64,000 bases of DNA from a virus (taxonomy: Duplodnaviria; Heunggongvirae; Uroviricota; Caudoviricetes): the IMG/VR virus record IMGVR_UViG_3300035696_000002; one strand, given 5' to 3'. The position numbers and the translations under genes are program-made. The number at the start of each line of letters is the position of its first letter. Within the stretch, counting starts at the first letter, position 1. The notes beneath the pieces were generated by a model. The model was not told the origin of the DNA, searched no databases, and was given only the letters and a program-made list of their open reading frames with translations. This document shows positions 18,248-30,700 of the stretch, one piece after another.

Positions 18248-21208
18248 TTATGCTACCGTCGTAACGTTGTGCACAACCAGACCATTCGCGAGCGTGTAGC
18301 TGTGCTCCGTGTCGAGTGCGGTACCGTCATCATCTGGATCGCAAGTGATGTGCAGATTATGAATCGTGCCCTTGTAGTGAACAACCGGGAATCTATCCAA
18401 ATCCTGCATAGGCTTCCATGCCCCGTTGTCCTTCACGTGATGAGTTGTGGTAGAAAGTTCTCCATCACCCATATCGAGCATCAGTCCGTCCCACTTGAGG
18501 CTTGTGACGTACTCGACAACGCCCCATGTACCGCGTGCAGTTGGCACCAAATCACCGGGCTTAACGTCGATGATCGCGAGATCGCCGCGTTGAGTTTTGA
18601 CCTTGGTGTTCGGGCTGAAGCAGACCGCAGCCTTGTTGTGTGCGATGTCGCCGTTCCAAAGAATGTAGTGCTTGTCTTCCGGGTTAGCCGACAACACGTG
18701 AGCGTTGTAGACCGTGCCCTCGAACCACACACGATTCGCTGTCGGATATTTCTCTTCGGCAGTAAGCCATTCGGTGCCGACCTTCATCTCGTGATCGAGC
18801 GTGACGAGCTTACCGGGGGCAATTTCCAACATCCAGCCTTTGTAGTTTTCGTGGACAAGGAGTTGTGCCCAGTGAGTGCCTGTCTCGTTCACAAGCTCAA
18901 ACTTTTCGGGCAGCGAAGCGAGTTCCACATCCCCGTAAGGTGTCTGAATTGCGACATTACCTGTGAAGCACGTGATAATAATCACTGGAGCGGAGTATAG
19001 TGTCGTGCTGAACCAAGGATCAGGAACGGTGTGCAATCCGCTTGCCTGATCGGTGACACTGAATCCGAGGTAGAAGCTCGCATCACCGTCAACAACGGCT
19101 ACCGAACCCGTGAACGTCTTGAAATAGACGGTCTTCCCGGAGATGGTTCCGGTACTGCTGTTTGTCAACGTACCTGCCCCAAGCGATGTAGTAGTTGAGC
19201 CTACCTTCTTTTGGAAGGTGAGAACAACGTTGTCATTCGTGGTGGTATAAATTTGTGCCGTAATCGCAGTTGAACCCGCAGGCAGAGACGGCCCGGCTGG
19301 AGTCGTGGAGAAAGCGTACTCGACTGGATTCGTGAAACTGGTTCCGGTCAAAACGATGGTGCCCGGAATCGGCGTGGTGCCGGGGTACGGGTTTCCAGTA
19401 GTGAAGGTGTTGCCGCTCAAATAAGTCAGTGTGCCAGAGAACGACACGGACGCCGTAGAATTGACGTTCGTAGAAGACACAGGGGCGGTTACGTTCACGT
19501 TGTAGCCAGTGATGAAGCCGCTGGATACAATCGGCGTCACGGAGGTGACTGAGATACCACCCGTGAAAGTGAACGTCGGGTTAATCGAGTTGTTGACACC
19601 GTACTGGCTCGCCCCCTGCTGCTGCGGGGAGATCGGCTTGGCCAGAGTTGCGACGAATGTCTTTGCTCCGCCGTCAGCCGCGAGGCCAGTCAGTGGCGAA
19701 ATGCTGGTGATTACAGGCTTGACCATGTAATCGACGTTAATCTGGTAGAGCACACCACCAGTGCCACTCGACGGAGTGAATAGATCGAATGTGGCAGGGT
19801 TTGATCCAGCCGCAGGGCTGTACCACGCAATGTCATCTTGCTGAATGCTCAGAAGAGTGGAGGCCGTCCCGGAGACGAATGCCCCACCATTATAGGCAAG
19901 GTTGAAGGCCGAACCTACAGCGGTCACAGCAAACAAACCGTTCCATGCGTTGTTATCAACACCAGAAACGCTGATGACCTTGCTCGTGGCGGCTGCGGTC
20001 AAATTCACTGCACCACCGGGGAATGCTGGCAGAGAGTATGTGTTCAACGTTGGACTGTTGTAGACATTGAGATTTCCCGCTGTTCCCTCATACACCGGAA
20101 TGTACGACTGCGTGGCGTAGTGGATGTTCTGCACCGTGACAGTCATCGTGTAGCTGGTGCCCTGCAACGACACAACACCGCCAGTCGGGGTCAACAGCAG
20201 GTTGCCGCTTCCCGGACTGCTAACAGGAGGAACACTCACAATTGAAACTGGGAAGAAGGTCGGCGTTCCAGCAACGTTATCGCCTTCATTGTTGTACTGA
20301 GTCTGCTGCCCGGCGAGGTATGTAAGCTGGAAATAACCGTTGTTGTCGCCGCTGAACTGCACCGGATTACGCTGGTTGTAAACGATCTCGATTGGGTACT
20401 TGCCCGCGACCGGGAAGTTGATGTACGAACCACGAGTGCCGCCGTACAAGCCGGGGTCTTCGTTGTTCGCACCCATCAGCACGCTGCTGGTCGGAGTCTG
20501 GGCATTCCAGAAAGCAGTGTTCGGCCCAGTACCCGGAAATGGGTTGGCTCCTCCGTTTACGATCTGGTTGGTTGAAAGCAGGGTCGCTCCGCCGCCGATC
20601 CAGAAGGCACACTGGCTGACGTTTGCGAAAACCATGTAGACGGTATAAGTGCCCGGCGTCTTGACGACGAGTTGGCCCGTCATATCGAGGATGAATGGGT
20701 TGCCTGTGCTACCTGATCCCGACCCCGGAATCGGGAGGCTGCTCGCATACTGGCCAGTTGCAGTCTGTTCAACGAAAACAGCAGGAATCAATTTGTAACC
20801 GCCGCCCGGCCCAATGTTGGTCGGCTGACTGTTGAATCCGTTGATCGGCGTGTTCTGATCGACTTGGTTGATGACGCAGGAATTCGCCGTCAGTGTGCCT
20901 TGTAAGCCCCCACCGAACCCGGCCCAGCCCGGAACCTGCCCGGAGTTGCCGTAGACGGACACAGCCAACGGGCCGATGGCAATCGCACCATTGACCTGCT
21001 GCCACGCCAGTTCGGCGTTATTCGAGGTGAGATTCGAACCAGCGATGGTCGCCGACGCCTGATAGGTGTCCGTACCCGCGTTGGTGCCCGTGAACGCAAC
21101 CGTGCCTGTGCCGCTGCCGTTCGTTGGGCTTACGTTGATCTGGATAGTCTTGGTCGCCCCTGCGTTGGCTCCCGACTTATCCGTTATTGTAATCGTCTCA
21201 ATTGGCAT
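18248..21208 (-). CDS. Ig-like/PA14-like virion protein with two C-terminal tandem Hint (BIL-like) domains
   Basis: N-terminal Big_1-like and PA14-like (GQLVVKTPGTYT...GKYPIEIVY) segments. Hint1 CFTGNVAI...VTLDH...VYN...IAHN (18970-18635), linker KAAV, Hint2 CFSPNTKV...TTTHH...IHNL...LANGLVVHN (18622-18266). Confidence 0.8.
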   Translation of the reverse strand: MPIETITITDKSGANAGATKTIQINVSPTNGSGTGTVAFTGTNAGTDTYQASATIAGSNLTSNNAELAWQQVNGAIAIGPLAVSVYGNSGQVPGWAGFGGGLQGTLTANSCVINQVDQNTPINGFNSQPTNIGPGGGYKLIPAVFVEQTATGQYASSLPIPGSGSGSTGNPFILDMTGQLVVKTPGTYTVYMVFANVSQCAFWIGGGATLLSTNQIVNGGANPFPGTGPNTAFWNAQTPTSSVLMGANNEDPGLYGGTRGSYINFPVAGKYPIEIVYNQRNPVQFSGDNNGYFQLTYLAGQQTQYNNEGDNVAGTPTFFPVSIVSVPPVSSPGSGNLLLTPTGGVVSLQGTSYTMTVTVQNIHYATQSYIPVYEGTAGNLNVYNSPTLNTYSLPAFPGGAVNLTAAATSKVISVSGVDNNAWNGLFAVTAVGSAFNLAYNGGAFVSGTASTLLSIQQDDIAWYSPAAGSNPATFDLFTPSSGTGGVLYQINVDYMVKPVITSISPLTGLAADGGAKTFVATLAKPISPQQQGASQYGVNNSINPTFTFTGGISVTSVTPIVSSGFITGYNVNVTAPVSSTNVNSTASVSFSGTLTYLSGNTFTTGNPYPGTTPIPGTIVLTGTSFTNPVEYAFSTTPAGPSLPAGSTAITAQIYTTTNDNVVLTFQKKVGSTTTSLGAGTLTNSSTGTISGKTVYFKTFTGSVAVVDGDASFYLGFSVTDQASGLHTVPDPWFSTTLYSAPVIIITCFTGNVAIQTPYGDVELASLPEKFELVNETGTHWAQLLVHENYKGWMLEIAPGKLVTLDHEMKVGTEWLTAEEKYPTANRVWFEGTVYNAHVLSANPEDKHYILWNGDIAHNKAAVCFSPNTKVKTQRGDLAIIDVKPGDLVPTARGTWGVVEYVTSLKWDGLMLDMGDGELSTTTHHVKDNGAWKPMQDLDRFPVVHYKGTIHNLHITCDPDDDGTALDTEHSYTLANGLVVHNVTTVA

Positions 21209-21217
21209 CTTTAGTCC

Positions 21218-24200
21218 TTACTGACCCGGAATCAATTGTGTTGGAATCGGGTTAGTGGCCGCTAGGCGAATAGCGGTATCGCTATAGACCCTCCACTTGA
21301 AGGAACCCGTAACGTTTACACCCGAATCCGTTACCGAAAGGGATAGGGTGTTGTCTCCAATGACTCCTGAGGAGAAACTACCGTTCAATTCAATCAAACA
21401 TGTGCCAGTACCCGTATCCAAACCACCGGACGGGATTGACGCCGTAATGCCTGACGTTCCAACCGAAAGGGTGATCTGGCTCGGGTTGGTGGAAACAACC
21501 CCCGTGGCGACGACGAAGAATGAGTCGTTTGGACGCGGCGTGATCGAACTCACGCTGCCCTGTGCCACGAAGCCGATGTATCCATAGTTCGTGCTGTCCA
21601 CGTAATCCGGCCCGGCCTGAAGCGTAAGCCCGGCGATGACCTGCAAGTTCAAGCTCTTGTCCACGTGAGCACCGATGTTGTCAGTGACACGGAAGATGAT
21701 CGGCTTATTGAAGCCAGTCAGACTCGTAGTACCTGTGATCGCACCCGTCGATGGATTCAATGCAAGGCCCGTGGGCAGGTTGTTTGCCGAGGACGGGGAG
21801 ATCGACCATGTGTACGGAGTCGTACCACCAGTTGCAGCCAGCGTAAGCGAGTACGGACGGCCCGAGGTTGCGTTCGGCAATGTAGCCGTCGTAATAGTCA
21901 ACGACGAGGACTGAATCTGGAATTGCAAAGTTGCTGATGCAGTATCCGCAGGTGACAGAGCATCCGCGACGTGCACGGTAAGCTGTCCGGTGTACGCGGC
22001 TGGCGGGTTCGCGGCCAGCAACAGACCTGAACTGGAGATTGAAATTGTGGCCAAATCTCCTGCGGGCAGTGCCGGATTGAAATCGCCTGCGACGACGTTC
22101 GACCACACGAACGGCTGCACCAGTGCAGGCTGACCGTTGCTGGTTGCCGTAAGCTGTGTCGAAGTTGAAGCCCCGATAATCGCGGGCGGTAGCGTCGTTG
22201 TCGTCACCTTCAGACTGCTCGTGGTTGTCAACAGCAGAATAGCCTGAGCAGAGTTTCCGTTCTTGTCCACCGCAATGACCTTCACCGCGAGAGGATTGCT
22301 TGGCGGAATCTGTCCGGTGTATACGCCAGAGATGGTTGCAGTCTGACCATTGTTTGTTGCAGTCGCCTGAAGCACCAAGCCTGCCGGAAGCGGGTTTGGT
22401 GAGTCTGACGTAACCTGCCACGACACTGGCGTAGTGTACGGGCCAGACAACGACAAGGTACCAAGATACGAAGCACCACGATCAATCGGGCCGACGCCAC
22501 TGGTGACGATGAGCATGCCTGTAGCAGACCCGGTCTGTAGGGTGTACGTCTGTGTTGCAGTGTGTACCCCGGAATCGTGCACAGTGACTTGCAATGGCGT
22601 GGTGAATCCAGTCACGCTGGTCACACCTGAGAACACGCCCGTCGAACCGTCGAAAGCGATGCCCGACAACCCAGCAATCGGGAAAGTCGGCACGGTCGTC
22701 CACGTATAGGGCGGTGTTCCACCAATCGCCGTCATGGCGAACGTGTAGCTCTGCCCCGGAACAATCGTCGGGATAGCCTGTGTCGTAATCGTCAACGTAT
22801 CATTGACGGCAACAGTCAGAACGGCCTGCGTCGAAGCTCCACGAACATCCGTGAGGATGAATGTGTCGTTTTCCGTGGTCGTATCCGGTGCAGTCGTTGT
22901 GCCGGAGATCAGGCCACTGGAACTCAGAGTCAGTCCGGGGAACGTTGGGTTCAGACCGCCCGGCCACTGTGGCGAAGACCAAGTGTACGGCTGAATGCCG
23001 CCTGTGCCTTGTAGCAAGAACGAGTAGGGAACCCCCGTGATGAGTGTAGGAATCTGCGTGGTTACGATGCTCAACGGGCTCACGTAGTCCACAAAGAGAC
23101 GGTGATACAAGTACGAATGGTGCCCGTTTGTGTCGGGAACGTTGAACCACAGATCGAAGTACCCAGCCTCAGTCGGGGTGCCAACGATGTCGATACCCAG
23201 ACCCGAGATGTCCACCTGAAGTGTCAAGCCCTGTGGCAGGCTGCCGTACAGGAGCGTGGGCGGAGCCAGCGGCACTGTGGCCGAGGACACCAAGGCATTC
23301 GTTCCGTTGATCGGGGCACCAATCTGCGGAGCAGGCGTGATGTTGTTGATGTTGTCGATCAACAGGTAGTCGTTGCTGACTGTCGTCCAGTTGATTGTGA
23401 CTGTGCCGTGAACCGTGCCAGTTGAATCAATATACTGAATGGTGCTCTGGGGAACTCCGGTGCCGACAAGCGTGCCGTAGATCAAGCCAGTGTTGGAGTC
23501 CAGTGAGAGACCGGGCGGCAAGGACGAGCCCGGAGCCACGATGACACTGTAGGCCGTGTTCTTCGCAATGTTTGGCGAGTTGAAATATGGCTTCTGGGGA
23601 TTCAACCCAACGAAATCGCCGACCACATACGGACGAGTGTAGGTGTTGACGATTCCAAGATCGCCGGGGACTGCCTGATCGTCGTGGCACACGAAGGTGT
23701 ACTCGCGGGAGACCTGTCCCACGTTGACGCTGCCCTGCTGGAGAACGAGCGGGATGCGGAACTGTGAGTTGCGGAACGTCGAACTCAGGGCTGGCGGATT
23801 CCCCGGAGGCCCAGCAACTTCGACGATTTGGTTGACGTTATCGACCGAAACCGTTAGACCGTTCGGTAGCACAACAGGCTGCTGCGGTGCCAGAGTCAAA
23901 CCGTTGAAATTTCCAACGACTGGGAAAATGATCGAAGTCGTATCGTTGTAGTCCCAGTAGTGATCGAAGAAAGCCTCTTCGATTCGGATGCTGCTTACGG
24001 TCGGCTGCACCTGATAACTGAACTGCTGGTTCACCGTTGTACTGTTTGAGTCGCTGGCAGTCAGAGTGAACGTGTGAGTCCCGGTCTGAAGATCGTTCGG
24101 GTCTACCATGACCTCGACCTGACCATCCACCAGCTTCACAGCCTGTGTGGCAGGAACCTGAATCACGAGAACCTTGGATACCGAATTGTTCAAAGCATCG

Positions 24201-24697
24201 GTCGCCTTGACACCAATTGTCCACGAACCGACTACCGGGATGGAGAAGTTCAATGTGCTTCCGCCAGTACCCGTGAGCGAGGCTTGTGTAACGCCCGGCA
24301 TCGTCGTCGCACTCTGAATGATCGTCCACGTAATCGGGGTCACACCGCCGCTGGAAAGCAACGGCATGGAAACCGCGAGCGGGAACGCTGCGGGCTCGTA
24401 GTTCTGACTGGTGTTCAGGATGTTGAAGATGCCCGGATCGACCACAACAACATTGATGATGCTGTCGTCGATATTCGATGCAGTGTCAATAAGCTGGAAA
24501 TGCACCGTGTAAGTGCCCGGAGAGACCCCAGCCGCATTCAAAGTGAACTGTAACGGGCCATTCTGCGTGACCGTGCCGCCAGCAGGGATGAACGTCGTGT
24601 TGTACGGCGGGTCAGGCGGAGACACTACGACGGCATGGTATGGGGCTGTTCCACCCACTCCGGTCAGCGTAATCGTCGTTTGTGTAAGAGGCGGCAT
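21218..24697 (-). CDS. Putative Ig (He_PIG) repeat protein
   Basis: Multiple LTITT-x-LP...GGxxPYTW...LPxGLxL...TGxIxGT repeats. Confidence 0.8.
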   Translation of the reverse strand: MPPLTQTTITLTGVGGTAPYHAVVVSPPDPPYNTTFIPAGGTVTQNGPLQFTLNAAGVSPGTYTVHFQLIDTASNIDDSIINVVVVDPGIFNILNTSQNYEPAAFPLAVSMPLLSSGGVTPITWTIIQSATTMPGVTQASLTGTGGSTLNFSIPVVGSWTIGVKATDALNNSVSKVLVIQVPATQAVKLVDGQVEVMVDPNDLQTGTHTFTLTASDSNSTTVNQQFSYQVQPTVSSIRIEEAFFDHYWDYNDTTSIIFPVVGNFNGLTLAPQQPVVLPNGLTVSVDNVNQIVEVAGPPGNPPALSSTFRNSQFRIPLVLQQGSVNVGQVSREYTFVCHDDQAVPGDLGIVNTYTRPYVVGDFVGLNPQKPYFNSPNIAKNTAYSVIVAPGSSLPPGLSLDSNTGLIYGTLVGTGVPQSTIQYIDSTGTVHGTVTINWTTVSNDYLLIDNINNITPAPQIGAPINGTNALVSSATVPLAPPTLLYGSLPQGLTLQVDISGLGIDIVGTPTEAGYFDLWFNVPDTNGHHSYLYHRLFVDYVSPLSIVTTQIPTLITGVPYSFLLQGTGGIQPYTWSSPQWPGGLNPTFPGLTLSSSGLISGTTTAPDTTTENDTFILTDVRGASTQAVLTVAVNDTLTITTQAIPTIVPGQSYTFAMTAIGGTPPYTWTTVPTFPIAGLSGIAFDGSTGVFSGVTSVTGFTTPLQVTVHDSGVHTATQTYTLQTGSATGMLIVTSGVGPIDRGASYLGTLSLSGPYTTPVSWQVTSDSPNPLPAGLVLQATATNNGQTATISGVYTGQIPPSNPLAVKVIAVDKNGNSAQAILLLTTTSSLKVTTTTLPPAIIGASTSTQLTATSNGQPALVQPFVWSNVVAGDFNPALPAGDLATISISSSGLLLAANPPAAYTGQLTVHVADALSPADTASATLQFQIQSSSLTITTATLPNATSGRPYSLTLAATGGTTPYTWSISPSSANNLPTGLALNPSTGAITGTTSLTGFNKPIIFRVTDNIGAHVDKSLNLQVIAGLTLQAGPDYVDSTNYGYIGFVAQGSVSSITPRPNDSFFVVATGVVSTNPSQITLSVGTSGITASIPSGGLDTGTGTCLIELNGSFSSGVIGDNTLSLSVTDSGVNVTGSFKWRVYSDTAIRLAATNPIPTQLIPGQ

Positions 24698-24712
24698 CTA
24701 TTTATTCAGTCC

Positions 24713-27700
24713 TTAGCTGATTATCACTGAAACGTTTGCGGTTCCAGAGCTTGTGATTCCATTGTTGTCGATCACCTGATACGTCACGGCGATCACATAC
24801 GTACCCGCAGTCGGGTTGGCCAGTGTCGGCACCACAAACGGGCCAGCCGAGTTCAGGTGTCCATCCACGTCAAATACCGTAGCCGGAGACCCGGAGTTGA
24901 AAGCAATGACACGCTGCGACGGCAGGATTTGCACGTTCTGTCCCACACCGCTGCTCAACAAACCAGCGGGCAGCGTGATGTTCGTCACGTTGTACGTCAC
25001 TGGCAAGTGGGCAAGCTGCACCGTCACACCATTCGTCGGCATCACCAAGGAATAAACTCCCGGTGTAGTGATAACCGGAGCCGGGAACGTCTGGTTGTTG
25101 TACAGAACTGTGATGTACGTTTCCTGACGGATCGTGATCGTCAAAGTACCTGACGCACTCGCCATCTGCGGCGAACCCTCAGTGTCAGAAACCGTAACGG
25201 CGATCTGAGCACTCACCGTCGTACCCGGCGTAAATGCGTTCACCGAAATCTGAATCTGAGCCGAAGCCGTGTTGTTGTTGATGACCGTGAACCGTGCGTC
25301 GCTAGTGGACACGTTGTACACATACGAGCCGTTACCGCCTGAGACTGTGATTGGCAGCGGGAACGTACCCGTCGTAGCGTACTCGCTGACAGTCTGCGAA
25401 ACCGTAGTCCCAATCGCATTCAGCGTGGCATACACGTCGTTGATCGTGAGCGAGTCAAGGATCGGCCCGATGTTCGTGTACTGCAACGTGATGGAATCGG
25501 TTCCAGACACGGTCGGGATGTAGTCGTAATCCATGATGAAACCGCTCGGCGTGACTGAACGAATTCCCGTTGAAGTCTGACCACCGATGAGCAAGCCCGG
25601 TGCACCAATCTGATTGCCCACAACCGTGTTGAACAGCGTCGGCAGATTTGGACTCGTCGGCTGATATCCGGTGTACTGCACGGATAACAACACATTGTTG
25701 TTGATGACACGATACTGCGTGCCAACAATAGCAGTGCCCGGCGAGTGTGGCGGAGCATTCGGGGCGATGATCTGAGCCGTCTGAGCGTTGATCGTCAGCG
25801 GGAACGACTGTGTCGCCGTTGTGCCGAAGGACACCGAGGTAGCCGTGATGTTTACCGTAAACACACCCGCCGCTGTCGGAGTTCCTTGCAGGTACACACG
25901 AGTACCCGGAGCCGTGGAGAGTGTGACGCCAGCAGGCAACCCTGTCGCCGTCCAATTCGCTACGAGATCGGAATCCACGTAGTACGTCTGGGCCGGGATC
26001 GGGTTGTTCGCGAACAACGATGCAGGCATCGTGTTGTCGAGAATGTGGATCGGTTGTGTAGTAGACTGACCGATTTGAACCGGAATAGTGACCGGGGCGG
26101 AAGTGGTGCTGCCGCTGTCGGTCGCCGTAACGATGACATTATAGGAGCCTGTGATCGTTGTCGCAGATGCGAAAGCTGGTTGACCATTAACCGTGGTCAA
26201 TACCACACCCGGCAGCGTAGACCCGCTCAAAATGTTGAAGGTGTACACTCGCGTACCACCCTCGGCGATCAGCGGGAAGGCCCATGAATAGGTTCCAGCC
26301 GAGTTGGCCACAACTGTGTTCAAGTCGATATGGATGCCCTCGATTGAGGTGATGACAACCACAGGCGTTGTGCCGGAAGCTGGCGGTTCCATGACGACGA
26401 TACTCTGACGGGAGACGGCCTTCACCAGCGTCGCAGTCGGGCTGGTGATGTTTGCGAATTCTGTTTCAAAACTGTACCCACCGTCGATGGATGCAACACC
26501 AGTCGGCGATCCCGTGAGCAACACAACAGCGTCAGCCCCGGTTCCGGCAATCGTGTTACCAGAAACCGCACTCATACCGGGCGGTAGATCACCGAGGTAC
26601 GGGGCGAGAATCGGGCCAAATGGGCACTCAAAGGTGACATCCGGGCCGGGCAAGCTTACACCGCTCAACACAGGCGTCGGCGTCGGCAGTGTGTTCTTGT
26701 ACAGCACAACTGCGTAATATGTGTTCGCTCCGCCCGGACTGTAGGCGTTATTACGTGCCGCATTCGGGAAACCGGACGGCAATGGGGAGATAAGCCATGT
26801 GGCTGGGTTGCTCGGCGTCACGGCATTGATCGTGCTCGGAAGCACAATGAATGGGACGGACGCGGCAGGCGGAGCCTGCTGCTGGACAGCGATGCTCAGA
26901 GTCTTTGACGTGCTGTGCCCAGCGGAGTCGATACACTTGACCACCGCAGTGAACGGGTTGGCTGGATCAGAATCAGCCGCAGGCGTGCCAACCAGTAGGT
27001 CACCGTAAACGATGGCCCCCGGCAATGTGCTCGTTGCAGTCGGGTCGATGAAGAACTTGTAACCAGTCCCAACAGGCAGGCCAGCATTCGAAGGCACACC
27101 GCCACTGGCGGTCAAGGAAACTGAAATAGACTGTGGATACGGGTCAGGGAAGATTTCCTGATCCGGCGTCAGGATCGTCAATGTCGGCGGGACGATACCA
27201 GCGACAACTTCAATCTGTACCGGATTGACAACCGCCAAGCCACTACCCACCACAGCAGGTGGAGTTTCAGTAAAGCCCAGCAACGTGTACGGAGACTGAC
27301 CACCGAAAATCGGAATCGTCAGTTTGAATTGGTTGTCCGCGAAGATTGACGGTTGGTTCACTGCTGGAGAGAAACTGAGAGTAGCTGCCGACAATGTGAT
27401 CGTGTACGTCTGGGTGTTGATGGCACCGATAGCGTCCTGCACCTGAACCGTCGCCGTGAATTTCTTGGTGAAGTCCGTGGTGGAATTGTAGGTCACCGGG
27501 TAACCGGAGAGCAGGCCAGTGTTCGGATTGATGCTGATGCCAAGCGGGAAAGCCCCAGCGGCGATGCTCCACGTGTACGGAGCAAGACCACCAGTGTTTG
27601 ACATCTGGAACTGGTATTGTGTGCCGACCTGAGCGTTCGGTGGTGCACCCGCACCGGAAACCGGAGTCGTAATCAACAGATCAGTCTGCACGACAACAGA

Positions 27701-30700
27701 AATCGTTGTCTCATCAACGTAGAACGGCACGCTGCTATCCTGCACGGCAAAGTTGACCGAGAACACACCCAACGAAAGCGGCGTGCCAGTCAAAGCACCG
27801 CTGGTGCTGAGATGAACGCCAGCCGGAAGATCGTTGCTGCTCCACAGATACGGCGTGTTGCCGCCTTGAGCCTGCAACTGGAACTCAGGCATCGGCTTGC
27901 CGACGATCAGAGCCGGGAAGTTTTGGGTGCTGGTCGTGATCGAGACCGGAACCGAGGAGGACAGCGGGTTCGGCATCAGGGTGTAAGGATCAATCAGTTC
28001 CTTAGCCTGCGGGCGACCCTTCAACGGGAACACGTCCAAAGCCATCGTGCCCAACAGGGACGAAGCGTTGGAGAACCGTGAAGTCGCAATCAATTCCTTG
28101 ATTTCGTTCGTCTGCATATCGCGGACGAGTGTGCGGGCGATCATTTCATACGGCTGCGGAACTGCCAATCCGGTTGTGGCATTGACAATCTCGAACAACT
28201 GCTGACCGCCGATACCCAGTGTGCCAGTCAAGGCCCCCTGTGCGGCTGCCTGTGGGTTGTACTGCTGGTTTACCACAAAGACAGGGACAACGAGCGTGCG
28301 ACGCAATTTGACAGGCGGAGTGGCCGTGCTGAAGTCGTTTTCGACTTGCACCGTGATGTTCTGCGGGCCGGGCGTGTTGAACACCTTGCCGACAACAGCG
28401 GAGCTTAACGGCAGTGCCCCTGTGTTGGTGTTGTCTGGCCAGAACACCTGCCACGTGTCAGCACCGGAGTAGTTCGAACTCAAGGTTAAGGTCAAAGGCT
28501 GACCCAACTCAAGCGATGTGGCACTCAGCGTGACTGAGGTCGCAGTCAATGCAGTCGGGAACTGATGAGGATTATCCCAGTAGGGGCTGTCCAACGCGAG
28601 AGCGTGATTGTTGGAGATCGCCTGCATGTTGAGCAGGAAATTTCCAGCCGTAAGCGTCTCAGTGAAGATGCGGGCCGATACCGTTTCCCCAGCATTCAGC
28701 GGTGACGATGGCTTGAAAATGGTCTGAGCGACGTTCGGTGGGGCAGGCAACAGGGTTGTCTGAATGTTCCACCCGGCGTAAATGTTGTACGCTCCGCCGA
28801 ACTGGGCGGGCTGCCAGTTTACTGTCAGGTCGTTGTTCTGGTCGATGATGCCAATCGTCGGGGCAGGTAGCAGTTGAGCACCCTGTGCGACAGAGCTTGA
28901 CAGAACGATGATCGGAATGCCATAAGCGGTACCGTAGAAGCTGGTGCCGTAGATGTCGTAGACGCAAGTACCGTTTTGGTTGATGACAATCGAGCCCGTA
29001 CCCGCAACAGATGGGAATGATGTCGGTGTCGGCTGCTGAGCCAAGGTAAGCGTGAAGTGCGGATCGGTATTGCCGCCGCCAGAATAGCTCCACAGGACGT
29101 TAAACGGAGTGTTGTTCGGGATGAGTGAAGCACTCGAACTCACACTCGTAATCTGAAGCGGGACAGCAACAGTAGTGACGGTCAGTGTGATGTTTGCACT
29201 GTAGCTGCGGGCAAACCCTGATGCCGAAGCGTCGATGGCGAACGTGTACGAACCGGGCTGAAGTGCGTTGCCGACAAGAGCAAAATTGCCGCCCGTGTTC
29301 TGAATGAACAGACCATCCGGGGCACCTACCAATTCATACGTCACATTTGCGACTGGCTGATGGTAGTTCACCGAATTTGGATTGTTGTTGATCGCAACCA
29401 GTGAAATCGGCGTAATTACAGAACCAGTGTTTGAAGCAATCGAGACCGGAGGCAGATGAGCGGGTACTCCATCCGTCGTGATGAGGAGCGGCGAAGAGCC
29501 GTTCGACTCGATCAAAACTTCTGCAAAACCTGTACGGGTTGCCCCGTTGTTGGCGGCAATCTGCAAAACCCACTTCTCACCGATTGCGGCTCCGGGCGGA
29601 ATAGTGATGTGCACCGTTGTCGTCGGCGAGCCAGTGTTGATCGTCACAGGTGCGGGGTTAGGGATGGCAGGCTCCAAACCAGAAGCAGGAACCACCGTGA
29701 AGATCAGGTTGATATTTTCAGCCGGGTTGAATGCCGGAGATGTCGTAGATTCCTGTGAGACAACGATTGGAATCACATCACCGATGTACCCCTGCACAAA
29801 GTCGGGCAGCCCGCCCACAATCGTGGAAGACGTGGCGACCTTGATGGCGTTCGAGCCTAACCAGCTTGCACCCGCGTTCGAGACGTTGAACGGCCCAATC
29901 GTGGTAACCGCGAGGTTGTTTGCCAGTGCATCCTGAATCGTCAGGGTGACTGTAGCACTGACGTTCAAGCTGTTGATGCTGTAGTAAGCGAAATCATTGC
30001 CCGCCCCACCGCCAGAAGACAGGGTCAATCCAGCAGAAGGTGTCCACGCAAACTGGAAGGGCAGATGCACGGGAGCGTTGTTCTTTTGAAGCAAGCCCTG
30101 AAGGACATCAACTGCGTTGTGTGCGTCGAACTTCAGCGTACCAGCTACGGTGTCATAGAACACACCGAGGCCGTAATCCAGTGTCCCCTGTTTTGCCGTG
30201 AGGGACTGGAGCGTAAACGGTTGCACGAATGCACGATTCGGTTGATCGTAAAAAGCTCCCGGCTGATAAGCTGCGACCGTGAGCGTGACCTGTTCCGGGC
30301 TGGTCGTATACAACTTCAGACCGCCAGCAAGATCACGAGTCGGAGTAAATCTCGGGTCAGCAACACGCAGGATTAGCTGATTTTCGTTCGAGGTGACCCA
30401 GTTCAGGCCGGGGAATGAGCCCAGACCACCACTCGGGAGGACAAAGTTAACGTCCGGTACCGGGGTTTGTCCGGCTAGACCGACGCCCTGAATGACAATG
30501 TCCTGTACCGTATCATCGTAGGACGGTACGGTTAGCGTTGCACCGCTGACAACCGGGTTCGAGGCGTTTGCTTGAATCGAGAGCGGAGGTTTGACTTCCA
30601 GCAGGAAGGGGAAGTTCAGTGTCGTGACGCCATCAGTAACAGTGATCCAGAACTCGTAAGGATTCGGGTTCGGAACCGCAGCGGCAAATGCAATCGTTGT

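Noticed and set aside
18248-18970. Canonical splicing inteins or a polymorphic-toxin pretoxin Hint
   Set aside because: The +1 residues are K and V rather than C/S/T, and there is no endonuclease or C-terminal toxin.
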